The notes under the pieces are model-generated. The model worked only from the letters and a program-made list of their open reading frames with translations. It was not told where the DNA came from and searched no databases. From assembly GCA_964057225.1 (NCBI GenBank), contig OZ059900.1:17112001-17176000 (forward strand): a stretch of 64,000 bases of DNA, in the 5' to 3' direction. Within the stretch, counting starts at the first letter, position 1. Each line of letters begins with the position of its first letter. Shown one piece after another: positions 1-12,655 of the stretch. The translations under genes were made by a program, and so were the position numbers. Source of the stretch: Auanema rhodensis. Lineage: Eukaryota > Animalia > Nematoda.

Positions 1-342
1 CACAGTATTTCCCATGAGAAATATTTTATTATGCTGGAAAACCAGTTTTTGGAAATTTCGCTGTAAACAAGGTTTTGACTTACGATTTCATGTGTTCAAA
101 CTCATGCAATGTCAATGAAACCTAGCTCAAAATTGTTCGTACAACGTCTAGTTCCACTTTCACGACAAAAAAACAGGGGTTAGAAAATTAAGGAAATTAG
201 CATATTCTGAGGGCACGCCCCTTATGGCTAATATTGATTAAATCGATTTTTGTTCATATGAGTCGTCAAATGCAACGAATTTCAGCGTGTTACATACTAA
301 AATGAAGCATTTTACATGCTGAACACTAGAAAAATACAAAAA
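1..342 (+). repeat. Reference (consensus-type) monomer, haplotype G139/C221
   Basis: This is the most common monomer type, also at e.g. 2395, 3763, 4789, 6841, 38651 and 62251. It has 116/342 G+C, one ClaI site (ATCGAT m242-247), one NdeI site (CATATG m255-260) and a polymorphic RsaI site (GTAC m139-142). Confidence 0.95.
56..72 (+). other. CENP-B-box-like motif, one per monomer (function unproven)
   Basis: TTTCGCTGTAAACAAGG matches YTTCGTTGGAARCGGGA at 12/17 positions and at 7 of the 9 core positions of NTTCGNNNNANNCGGGN. Confidence 0.3.
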
Positions 343-3300
343 CACAGTAATACCCATGAGAAATATTTTATTATGCTGGAAAACCAGTTTTTGGAAATTT
401 CGCTGTAAACAAGGTTTTGACTTACGATTTCATGTGTTCAAACTCATGCAATGTCAATGAAACCCAGCTCAAAATTGTTCGTACAACGTCTAGTTCCACT
501 TTCACGACAAAAAAACAGGGGTTAGAAAATTAAGGAAATTAGCATATTCTGAGGGCACGCCCTTTATGGCTAATATTGATTAAATCGATTTTTGTTCATA
601 TGAGTCGTCAAATGCAACGAATTTCAGCGTGTTACATACTAAAATGAAGCATTTTACATGCTGAACACTAGAAAAATACAAAAACACAGTATTTCCCATG
701 AGAAATATTTTATTATGCTGGAAAACCAGTTTTTGGAAATTTCGCTGTAAACAAGGTTTTGACTTACGATTTCATGTGTTCAAACTCATGCAATGTCAAT
801 GAAACCTAGCTCAAAATTGTTCCTACAACGTCTAGTTCCACTTTCACGACAAAAAAACAGGGGTTAGAAAATTAAGGAAATTAGCATATTCTGAGGGCAC
901 GCCCTTTATGGCTAATATTGATTGAATCGATTTTTGTTCATATGAGTCGTCAAATGCAACGAATTTCAGCGTGTTACATACTAAAATGAAGCATTTTACA
1001 TGCTGAACACTAGAAAAATACAAAAACACAGTATTTCCCATGAGAAATATTTTATTATGCTGGAAAACCAGTTTTTGGAAATTTCGCTGTAAACAAGGTT
1101 TTGACTTACGATTTCATGTGTTCAAACTCATGCAATGTCAATGAAACCTAGCTCAAAATTGTTCGTACAACGTCTAGTTCCACTTTCACGACAAAAAAAC
1201 AGGGGTTAGAAAATTAAGGAAATTAGCATATTCTGAGGGCACGCCCCTTATGGCTAATATTGATTAAATCGATTTTTGTTCATATGAGTCGTCAAATGCA
1301 ACGAATTTCAGCGTGTTACGTACTAAAATGAAGCATTTTACATGCTGAACACTAGAAAAATACAAAAACACAGTATTTCCCATGAGAAAAATTTTATTAT
1401 GCTGGAAAACCAGTTTTTGGAAATTTCGCTGTAAACAAGGTTTTGACTTACGATTTCATGTGTTCAAACTCATGCAATGTCAATGAAACCTAGCTCAAAA
1501 TTGTTCCTACAACGTCTAGTTCCACTTTTACGACAAAAAAACAGGGGTTAGAAAATTAAGGAAATTAGCATATTCTGAGGGCACGCCCCTTATGGCTAAT
1601 ATTGATTAAATCGATTTTTGTTCATATGAGTCGTCAAATGCAACGAATTTCAGCGTGTTACGTACTAAAATGAAGCATTTTACATGCTGAACACTAGAAA
1701 AATACAAAAACACAGTATTTCCCATGAGAAAAATTTTATTATGCTGGAAAACCAGTTTTTGGAAATTTCGCTGTAAACAAGGTTTTGACTTACGATTTCA
1801 TGTGTTCAAACTCATGCAATGTCAATGAAACCTAGCTCAAAATTGTTCCTACAACGTCTAGTTCCACTTTTACGACAAAAAAACAGGGGTTAGAAAATTA
1901 AGGAAATTAGCATATTCTGAGGGCACGCCCCTTATGGCTAATATTGATTAAATCGATTTTTGTTCATATGAGTCGTCAAATGCAACGAATTTCAGCGTGT
2001 TACATACTAAAATGAACCATTTTACATGCTGAACACTAGAAAAATACAAAAACACAGTAATACCCATGAGAAATATTTTATTATGCTGGAAAACCAGTTT
2101 TTGGAAATTTCGCTGTAAACAAGGTTTTGACTTACGATTTCATGTGTTCAAACTCATGCAATGTCAATGAAACCTAGCTCAAAATTGTTAATACAATGTC
2201 TAGTTCCACTTTCAGGACAAAAAAACAGGGGTTAGAAAATTAAGGAAATTAGCATATTCTGAGGGCACGCCCTTTATGGCTAATATTGATTAAATCGATT
2301 TTTGTTCATATGAGTCGTCAAATGCAACGAATTTCAGCGTGTTACATACTAAAATGAAGCATTTTACATGCTGAACACTAGAAAAATACAAAAACACAGT
2401 ATTTCCCATGAGAAATATTTTATTATGCTGGAAAACCAGTTTTTGGAAATTTCGCTGTAAACAAGGTTTTGACTTACGATTTCATGTGTTCAAACTCATG
2501 CAATGTCAATGAAACCTAGCTCAAAATTGTTCGTACAACGTCTAGTTCCACTTTCACGACAAAAAAACAGGGGTTAGAAAATTAAGGAAATTAGCATATT
2601 CTGAGGGCACGCCCCTTATGGCTAATATTGATTAAATCGATTTTTGTTCATATGAGTCGTCAAATGCAACGAATTTCAGCGTGTTACATACTAAAATGAA
2701 GCATTTTACATGCTGAACACTAGAAAAATACAAAAACACAGTATTTCCCATGAGAAATATTTTATTATGCTGGAAAACCAGTTTTTGAAAATTTCGCTGT
2801 AAACAAGGTTTTGACTTACGATTTCATGTGTTCAAACTCATGCAATGTCAATGAAACCTAGCTCAAAATTGTTCCTACAACGTCTAGTTCCACTTTCACG
2901 ACAAAAAAACAGGGGTTAGAAAATTAAGGAAATTAGCATATTCTGAGGGCACGCCCTTTATGGCTAATATTGATTAAATCGATTTTTGTTCATATGAGTC
3001 GTCAAATGCAACGAATTTCAGCGTGTTACATACTAAAATGAAGCATTTTACATGCTGAACACTAGAAAAATACAAAAACACAGTATTTCCCATGAGAAAT
3101 ATTTTATTATGCTGGAAAACCAGTTTTTGGAAATTTCGCTGTAAACAAGGTTTTGACTTACGATTTCATGTGTTCAAACTCATGCAATGTCAATGAAACC
3201 TAGCTCAAAATTGTTCGTACAACGTCTAGTTCCACTTTCACGACAAAAAAACAGGGGTTAGAAAATTAAGGAAATTAGCATATTCTGAGGGCACGCCCCT

Positions 3301-6300
3301 TATGGCTAATATTGATTAAATCGATTTTTGTTCATATGAGTCGTCAAATGCAACGAATTTCAGCGTGTTACGTACTAAAATGAAGCATTTTACATGCTGA
3401 ACACTAGAAAAATACAAAAACACAGTATTTCCCATGAGAAATATTTTATTATGCTGGAAAACCAGTTTTTGGAAATTTCGCTGTAAACAAGGTTTTGACT
3501 TACGATTTCATGTGTTCAAACTCATGCAATGTCAATGAAACCTAGCTCAAAATTGTTCCTACAACGTCTAGTTCCACTTTCACGACAAAAAAACAGGGGT
3601 TAGAAAATTAAGGAAATTAGCATATTCTGAGGGCACGCCCTTTATGGCTAATATTGATTAAATCGATTTTTGTTCATATGAGTCGTCAAATGCAACGAAT
3701 TTCAGCGTGTTACATACTAAAATGAAGCATTTTACATGCTGAACACTAGAAAAATACAAAAACACAGTATTTCCCATGAGAAATATTTTATTATGCTGGA
3801 AAACCAGTTTTTGGAAATTTCGCTGTAAACAAGGTTTTGACTTACGATTTCATGTGTTCAAACTCATGCAATGTCAATGAAACCTAGCTCAAAATTGTTC
3901 GTACAACGTCTAGTTCCACTTTCACGACAAAAAAACAGGGGTTAGAAAATTAAGGAAATTAGCATATTCTGAGGGCACGCCCCTTATGGCTAATATTGAT
4001 TAAATCGATTTTTGTTCATATGAGTCGTCAAATGCAACGAATTTCAGCGTGTTACATACTAAAATGAAGCATTTTACATGCTGAACACTAGAAAAATACA
4101 AAAACACAGTATTTCCCATGAGAATAATTTTATTATGCTGGAAAACCAGTTTTTGGAAATTTCGCTGTAAACAAGGTTTTGACTTACGATTTCATGTGTT
4201 CAAACTCATGCAATGTCAATGAAACCTAGCTCAAAATTGTTCGTACAACGTCTAGTTCCACTTTTACGACAAAAAAACAGGGGTTAGAAAATTAAGGAAA
4301 TTAGCATATTCTGAGGGCACGCCCCTTATGGCTAATATTGATTAAATCGATTTTTGTTCATATGAGTCGTCAAATGCAACGAATTTCAGCGTGTTACATA
4401 CTTAAATGAAGCATTTTACATGCTGAACACTAGAAAAATACAAAAACACAGTATTTCCCATGAGAAATATTTTATTATGCTGGAAAACCAGTTTTTGGAA
4501 ATTTCGCTGTAAACAAGGTTTTGACTTACGATTTCATGTGTTCAAACTCATGCAATGTCAATGAAACCTAGCTCAAAATTGTTCGTACAACGACTAGTTC
4601 CACTTTCACGACAAAAAAACAGGGGTTAGAAAATTAAGGAAATTAGCATATTCTGAGGGCACGCCCTTTATGGCTAATATTGATTAAATCGATTTTTGTT
4701 CATATGAGTCGTCAAATGCAACGAATTTCAGCGTGTTACATACTAAAATGAAGCATTTTACATGCTGAACACTAGAAAAATACAAAAACACAGTATTTCC
4801 CATGAGAAATATTTTATTATGCTGGAAAACCAGTTTTTGGAAATTTCGCTGTAAACAAGGTTTTGACTTACGATTTCATGTGTTCAAACTCATGCAATGT
4901 CAATGAAACCTAGCTCAAAATTGTTCGTACAACGTCTAGTTCCACTTTCACGACAAAAAAACAGGGGTTAGAAAATTAAGGAAATTAGCATATTCTGAGG
5001 GCACGCCCCTTATGGCTAATATTGATTAAATCGATTTTTGTTCATATGAGTCGTCAAATGCAACGAATTTCAGCGTGTTACATACTAAAATGAAGCATTT
5101 TACATGCTGAACACTAGAAAAATACAAAAACACAGTATTTCCCATGAGAATAATTTTATTATGCTGGAAAACCAGTTTTTGGAAATTTCGCTGTAAACAA
5201 GGTTTTGACTTACGATTTCATGTGTTCAAACTCATGCAATGTCAATGAAACCTAGCTCAAAATTGTTCGTACAACGTCTAGTTCCACTTTTACGACAAAA
5301 AAACAGGGGTTAGAAAATTAAGGAAATTAGCATATTCTGAGGGCACGCCCCTTATGGCTAATATTGATTAAATCGATTTTTGTTCATATGAGTCGTCAAA
5401 TGCAACGAATTTCAGCGTGTTACATACTAAAATGAAGCATTTTACATGCTGAACACTAGAAAAATACAAAAACACAGTATTTCCCATGAGAAATATTTTA
5501 TTATGCTGGAAAACCAGTTTTTGGAAATTTCGCTGTAAACAAGGTTTTGACTTACGATTTCATGTGTTCAAACTCATGCAATGTCAATGAAACCTAGCTC
5601 AAAATTGTTCGTACAACGACTAGTTCCACTTTCACGACAAAAAAACAGGGGTTAGAAAATTAAGGAAATTAGCATATTCTGAGGGCACGCCCCTTATGGC
5701 TAATATTGATTAAATCGATTTTTGTTCATATGAGTCGTCAAATGCAACGAATTTCAGCGTGTTACATACTAAAATGAAGCATTTTACATGCTGAACACTA
5801 GAAAAATACAAAAACACAGTATTTCCCATGAGAAATATTTTATTATGCTGGAAAACCAGTTTTTGAAAATTTCGCTGTAAACAAGGTTTTGACTTACGAT
5901 TTCATGTGTTCAAACTCATGCAATGTCAATGAAACCTAGCTCAAAATTGTTCCTACAACGTCTAGTTCCACTTTCACGACAAAAAAACAGGGGTTAGAAA
6001 ATTAAGGAAATTAGCATATTCTGAGGGCACGCCCTTTATGGCTAATATTGATTAAATCGATTTTTGTTCATATGAGTCGTCAAATGCAACGAATTTCAGC
6101 GTGTTACATACTAAAATGAAGCATTTTACATGCTGAACACTAGAAAAATACAAAAACACAGTATTTCCCATGAGAAATATTTTATTATGCTGGAAAACCA
6201 GTTTTTGGAAATTTCGCTGTAAACAAGGTTTTGACTTACGATTTCATGTGTTCAAACTCATGCAATGTCAATGAAACCTAGCTCAAAATTGTTCGTACAA

Positions 6301-9300
6301 CGACTAGTTAAACTTTCACGACAAAAAAACAGGGGTTAGAAAATTAAGGAAATTAGCATATTCTGAGGGCACGCCCCTTATGGCTAATATTGATTAAATC
6401 GATTTTTGTTCATATGAGTCGTCAAATGCAACGAATTTCAGCGTGTTACATACTAAAATGAAGCATTTTACATGCTGAACACTAGAAAAATACAAAAACA
6501 CAGTATTTCCCATGAGAAATATTTTATTATGCTGGAAAACCAGTTTTTGAAAATTTCGCTGTAAACAAGGTTTTGACTTACGATTTCATGTGTTCAAACT
6601 CATGCAATGTCAATGAAACCTAGCTCAAAATTGTTCCTACAACGTCTAGTTCCACTTTCACGACAAAAAAACAGGGGTTAGAAAATAAAGGAAATTAGCA
6701 TATTCTGAGGGCACGCCCTTTATGGCTAATATTGATTAAATCGATTTTTGTTCATATGAGTCGTCAAATGCAACGAATTTCAGCGTGTTACATACTAAAA
6801 TGAAGCATTTTACATGCTGAACACTAGAAAAATACAAAAACACAGTATTTCCCATGAGAAATATTTTATTATGCTGGAAAACCAGTTTTTGGAAATTTCG
6901 CTGTAAACAAGGTTTTGACTTACGATTTCATGTGTTCAAACTCATGCAATGTCAATGAAACCTAGCTCAAAATTGTTCGTACAACGTCTAGTTCCACTTT
7001 CACGACAAAAAAACAGGGGTTAGAAAATTAAGGAAATTAGCATATTCTGAGGGCACGCCCCTTATGGCTAATATTGATTAAATCGATTTTTGTTCATATG
7101 AGTCGTCAAATGCAACGAATTTCAGCGTGTTACATACTAAAATGAAGCATTTTACATGCTGAACACTAGAAAAATACAAAAACACAGTATTTCCCATGAG
7201 AAATATTTTATTATGCTGGAAAACCAGTTTTTGGAAATTTCGCTGTAAACAAGGTTTTGACTTACGATTTCATGTGTTCAAACTCATGCAATGTCAATGA
7301 AACCTAGCTCAAAATTGTTCCTACAACGTCTAGTTCCACTTTCACGACAAAAAAACAGGGGTTAGAAAATTAAGGAAATTAGCATATTCTGAGGGCACGC
7401 CCTTTATGGCTAATATTGATTAAATCGATTTTTGTTCATATGAGTCGTCAAATGCAACGAATTTCAGCGTGTTACATACTAAAATGAAGCATTTCACATG
7501 CTGAACACTAGAAAAATACAAAAACACAGTATTTCCCATGAGAAATATTTTATTATGCTGGAAAACCAGTTTTTGGAAATTTCGCTGTAAACAAGGTTTT
7601 GACTTACGATTTCATGTGTTCAAACTCATGCAATGTCAATGAAACCTAGCTCAAAATTGTTCGTACAACGTCTGGTTCCACTTTCACGACAAAAAAACAG
7701 GGGTTAGAAAATTAAGGAAATTAGCATATTCTGAGGGCACGCCCCTTATGGCTAATATTGATTAAATCGATTTTTGTTCATATGAGTCGTCAAATGCAAC
7801 GAATTTCAGTGTGTTACATACTAAAATGAAGCATTTTACATGCTGAACACTAGAAAAATACAAAAACACAGTATTTCCCATGAGAAATATTTTATTATGC
7901 TGGAAAACCAGTTTTTGGAAATTTCGCTGTAAACAAGGTTTTGACTTACGATTTCATGTGTTCAAACTCATGCAATGTCAATGAAACCCAGCTCAAAATT
8001 GTTCGTACAACGTCTAGTTCCACTTTCACGACAAAAAAACAGGGGTTAGAAAATTAAGGAAATTAGCATATTCTGAGGGCACGCCCCTTATGGCTAATAT
8101 TGATTAAATCGATTTTTGTTCATATGAGTCGTCAAATGCAACGAATTTCAGCGTGTTACATACTAAAATGAAGCATTTTACATGCTGAACACTAGAAAAA
8201 TACAAAAACACAGTATTTCCCATGAGAAATATTTTATTATGCTGGAAAACCAGTTTTTGGAAATTTCGCTGTAAACAAGGTTTTGACTTACGATTTCATG
8301 TGTTCAAACTCATGCAATGTCAATGAAACCTAGCTCAAAATTGTTCGTACAACGTCTAGTTCCACTTTCACGACAAAAAAACAGGGGTTAGAAAATTAAG
8401 GAAATTAGCATATTCTGAGGGCACGCCCCTTATGGCTAATATTGATTAAATCGATTTTTGTTCATATGAGTCGTCAAATGCAACGAATTTCAGCGTGTTA
8501 CATACTAAAATGAAGCATTTTACATGCTGAACACTAGAAAAATACAAAAACACAGTATTTCCCATGAGAAATATTTTATTATGCTGGAAAACCAGTTTTT
8601 GGAAATTTCGCTGTAAACAAGGTTTTGACTTACGATTTCATGTGTTCAAACTCATGCAATGTCAATGAAACCTAGCTCAAAATTGTTCCTACAACGTCTA
8701 GTTCCACTTTCACGACAAAAAAACAGGGGTTAGAAAATTAAGGAAATTAGCATATTCTGAGGGCACGCCCTTTATGGCTAATATTGATTAAATCGATTTT
8801 TGTTCATATGAGTCGTCAAATGCAACGAATTTCAGCGTGTTACATACTAAAATGAAGCATTTCACATGCTGAACACTAGAAAAATACAAAAACACAGTAT
8901 TTCCCATGAGAAATATTTTATTATGCTGGAAAACCAGTTTTTGGAAATTTCGCTGTAAACAAGGTTTTGACTTACGATTTCATGTGTTCAAACTCATGCA
9001 ATGTCAATGAAACCTAGCTCAAAATTGTTCGTACAACGTCTGGTTCCACTTTCACGACAAAAAAACAGGGGTTAGAAAATTAAGGAAATTAGCATATTCT
9101 GAGGGCACGCCCCTTATGGCTAATATTGATTAAATCGATTTTTGTTCATATGAGTCGTCAAATGCAACGAATTTCAGCGTGTTACATACTAAAATGAAGC
9201 ATTTTACATGCTGAACACTAGAAAAATACAAAAACACAGTATTTCCCATGAGAAATATTTTATTATGCTGGAAAACCAGTTTTTGGAAATTTCGCTGTAA

Positions 9301-10603
9301 ACAAGGTTTTGACTTACGATTTCATGTGTTCAAACTCATGCAATGTCAATGAAACCTAGCTCAAAATTGTTCGTACAACGTCTAGTTCCACTTTCACGAC
9401 AAAAAAACAGGGGTTAGAAAATTAAGGAAATTAGCATATTCTGAGGGCACGCCCCCTTATGGCTAATATTGATTAAATCGATTTTTGTTCATATGAGTCG
9501 TCAAATGCAACGAATTTCAGCGTGTTACATACTAAAATGAAGCATTTTACATGCTGAACACTAGAAAAATACAAAAACACAGTATTTCCCATGAGAAATA
9601 TTTTATTATGCTGGAAAACCAGTTTTTGGAAATTTCGCTGTAAACAAGGTTTTGACTTACGATTTCATGTGTTTAAACTCATGCAATGTCAATGAAACCT
9701 AGCTCAAAATTGTTAATACAATGTCTAGTTCCACTTTCACGACAAAAAAACAGGGGTTAGAAAATTAAGGAAATTAGCATATTCTGAGGGCACGCCCCTT
9801 ATGGCTAATATTGATTAAATCGATTTTTGTTCATATGAGTCGTCAAATGCAACGAATTTCAGCGTGTTACATACTAAAATGAAGCATTTTACATGCTGAA
9901 CACTAGAAAAATACAAAAACACAGTATTTCCCATGAGAAATATTTTATTATGCTGGAAAACCAGTTTTTGGAAATTTCGCTGTAAACAAGGTTTTGACTT
10001 ACGATTTCATGTGTTCAAACTCATGCAATGTCAATGAAACCCAGCTCAAAATTGTTCGTACAACGTCTAGTTCCACTTTCACGACAAAAAAACAGGGGTT
10101 AGAAAATTAAGGAAATTAGCATATTCTGAGGGCACGCCCCTTATGGCTAATATTGATTAAATCGATTTTTGTTCATATGAGTCGTCAAATGCAACGAATT
10201 TCAGCGTGTTACATACTAAAATGAAGCATTTTACATGCTGAACACTAGAAAAATACAAAAACACAGTATTTCCCATGAGAAATATTTTATTATGCTGGAA
10301 AACCAGTTTTTGGAAATTTCGCTGTAAACAAGGTTTTGACTTACGATTTCATGTGTTCAAACTCATGCAATGTCAATGAAACCTAGCTCAAAATTGTTCG
10401 TACAACGTCTAGTTCCACTTTCACGACAAAAAAACAGGGGTTAGAAAATTAAGGAAATTAGCATATTCTGAGGGCACGCCCCTTATGGCTAATATTGATT
10501 AAATCGATTTTTGTTCATATGAGTCGTCAAATGCAACGAATTTCAGCGTGTTACATACTAAAATGAAGCATTTTACATGCTGAACACTAGAAAAATACAA
10601 AAA

Positions 10604-12655
10604 CACAGTATTTCCCATGAGAAATATTTTATTATGCTGGAAAACCAGTTTTTGAAAATATCGCTGTAAACAAGGTTTTGACTTACGATTTCATGTGTTC
10701 AAACTCATGCAATGTCAATGAAACCTAGCTCAAATTTGTTCCTACAACGTCTAGTTCCACTTTCACGACAAAAAAACAGGGGTTAGAAAATTAAGGAAAT
10801 TAGCATATTCTGAGGGCACGCCCCTTATGGCTAATATTGATTAAATCGATTTTTGTTCATATGAGTCGTCAAATGCAACGAATTTCAGCGTGTTACATAC
10901 TAAAATGAAGCATTTTACATGCTGAACACTAGAAAAATACAAAAACACAGTATTTCCCATGAGAAATATTTTATTATGCTGGAAAACCAGTTTTTGGAAA
11001 TTTCGCTGTAAACAAGGTTTTGACTTACGATTTCATGTGTTCAAACTCATGCAATGTCAATGAAACCTAGCTCAAAATTGTTCCTACAACGTCTAGTTCC
11101 ACTTTCACGACAAAAAAACAGGGGTTAGAAAATTAAGGAAATTAGCATATTCTGAGGGCACGCCCTTTATGGCTAATATTGATTAAATCGATTTTTGTTC
11201 ATATGAGTCGTCAAATGCAACGAATTTCAGCGTGTTACATACTAAAATGAAGCATTTCACATGCTGAACACTAGAAAAATACAAAAACACAGTATTTCCC
11301 ATGAGAAATATTTTATTATGCTGGAAAACCAGTTTTTGGAAATTTCGCTGTAAACAAGGTTTTGACTTACGATTTCATGTGTTCAAACTCATGCAATGTC
11401 AATGAAACCTAGCTCAAAATTGTTCGTACAACGTCTAGTTCCACTTTCACGACAAAAAAACAGGGGTTAGAAAATTAAGGAAATTAGCATATTCTGAGGG
11501 CACGCCCCTTATGGCTAATATTGATTAAATCGATTTTTGTTCATATGAGTCGTCAAATGCAACGAATTTCAGCGTGTTACATACTAAAATGAAGCATTTT
11601 ACATGCTGAACACTAGAAAAATACAAAAACACAGTATTTCCCATGAGAAATATTTTATTATGCTGGAAAACCAGTTTTTGAAAATATCGCTGTAAACAAG
11701 GTTTTGACTTACGATTTCATGTGTTCAAACTCATGCAATGTCAATGAAACCTAGCTCAAAATTGTTCCTACAACGTCTAGTTCCACTTTCACGACAAAAA
11801 AACAGGGGTTAGAAAATTAAGGAAATTAGCATATTCTGAGGGCACGCCCCTTATGGCTAATATTGATTAAATCGATTTTTGTTCATATGAGTCGTCAAAT
11901 GCAACGAATTTCAGCGTGTTACATACTAAAATGAAGCATTTTACATGCTGAACACTAGAAAAATACAAAAACACAGTATTTCCCATGAGAAATATTTTAT
12001 TATGCTGGAAAACCAGTTTTTGGAAATTTCGCTGTAAACAAGGTTTTGACTTACGATTTCATGTGTTCAAACTCATGCAATGTCAATGAAACCTAGCTCA
12101 AAATTGTTCCTACAACGTCTAGTTCCACTTTCACGACAAAAAAACAGGGGTTAGAAAATTAAGGAAATTAGCATATTCTGAGGGCACGCCCTTTATGGCT
12201 AATATTGATTAAATCGATTTTTGTTCATATGAGTCGTCAAATGCAACGAATTTCAGCGTGTTACATACTAAAATGAAGCATTTCACATGCTGAACACTAG
12301 AAAAATACAAAAACACAGTATTTCCCATGAGAAATATTTTATTATGCTGGAAAACCAGTTTTTGGAAATTTCGCTGTAAACAAGGTTTTGACTTACGATT
12401 TCATGTGTTCAAACTCATGCAATGTCAATGAAACCTAGCTCAAAATTGTTCGTACAACGTCTAGTTCCACTTTCACGACAAAAAAACAGGGGTTAGAAAA
12501 TTAAGGAAATTAGCATATTCTGAGGGCACGCCCCTTATGGCTAATATTGATTAAATCGATTTTTGTTCATATGAGTCGTCAAATGCAACAAATTTCAGCG
12601 TGTTACATACTAAAATGAAGCATTTTACATGCTGAACACTAGAAAAATACAAAAA
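10604..12655 (+). repeat. Local 3-mer duplication (monomers 32-34 and 35-37); the same doubled 3-mer recurs at 35915-37966, 49254-51305 and 57805-59856
   Basis: The order [GAAAATATCG/CCT]-[CCT/CCCTTT/TTTCAC]-[consensus] is repeated twice at each locus. Confidence 0.85.

Noticed and set aside
175-200. Telomere-like motif (GGGGTTAG...TTAAGG...TTAG) or G-quadruplex
   Set aside because: There is only one GGGTTAG with no tandem telomeric repeats, and too few G-runs on one strand for a canonical G4.
1-342. Primate alpha-satellite dimer (2 x 171 bp)
   Set aside because: The length coincides, but I recognise no alphoid sequence, the halves are not clearly homologous, and no canonical CENP-B box is present.
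1-342. Tandem 5S rRNA, tRNA, snRNA or spliced-leader gene unit
   Set aside because: I could not recognise a conserved RNA gene sequence, cloverleaf or convincing Pol III A/B/C boxes on either strand. An Rfam/Infernal search would be the definitive test.
844-1041. 65-aa minus-strand ORF (MGNTVFLYF...)
   Set aside because: It exists only because a private A>G at 924 turns the minus-strand TAA into CAA (Gln40) in monomer 3. Other monomers, including the duplicate position 39574, keep the stop. There is no recognisable domain, so it is satellite sequence read by chance.
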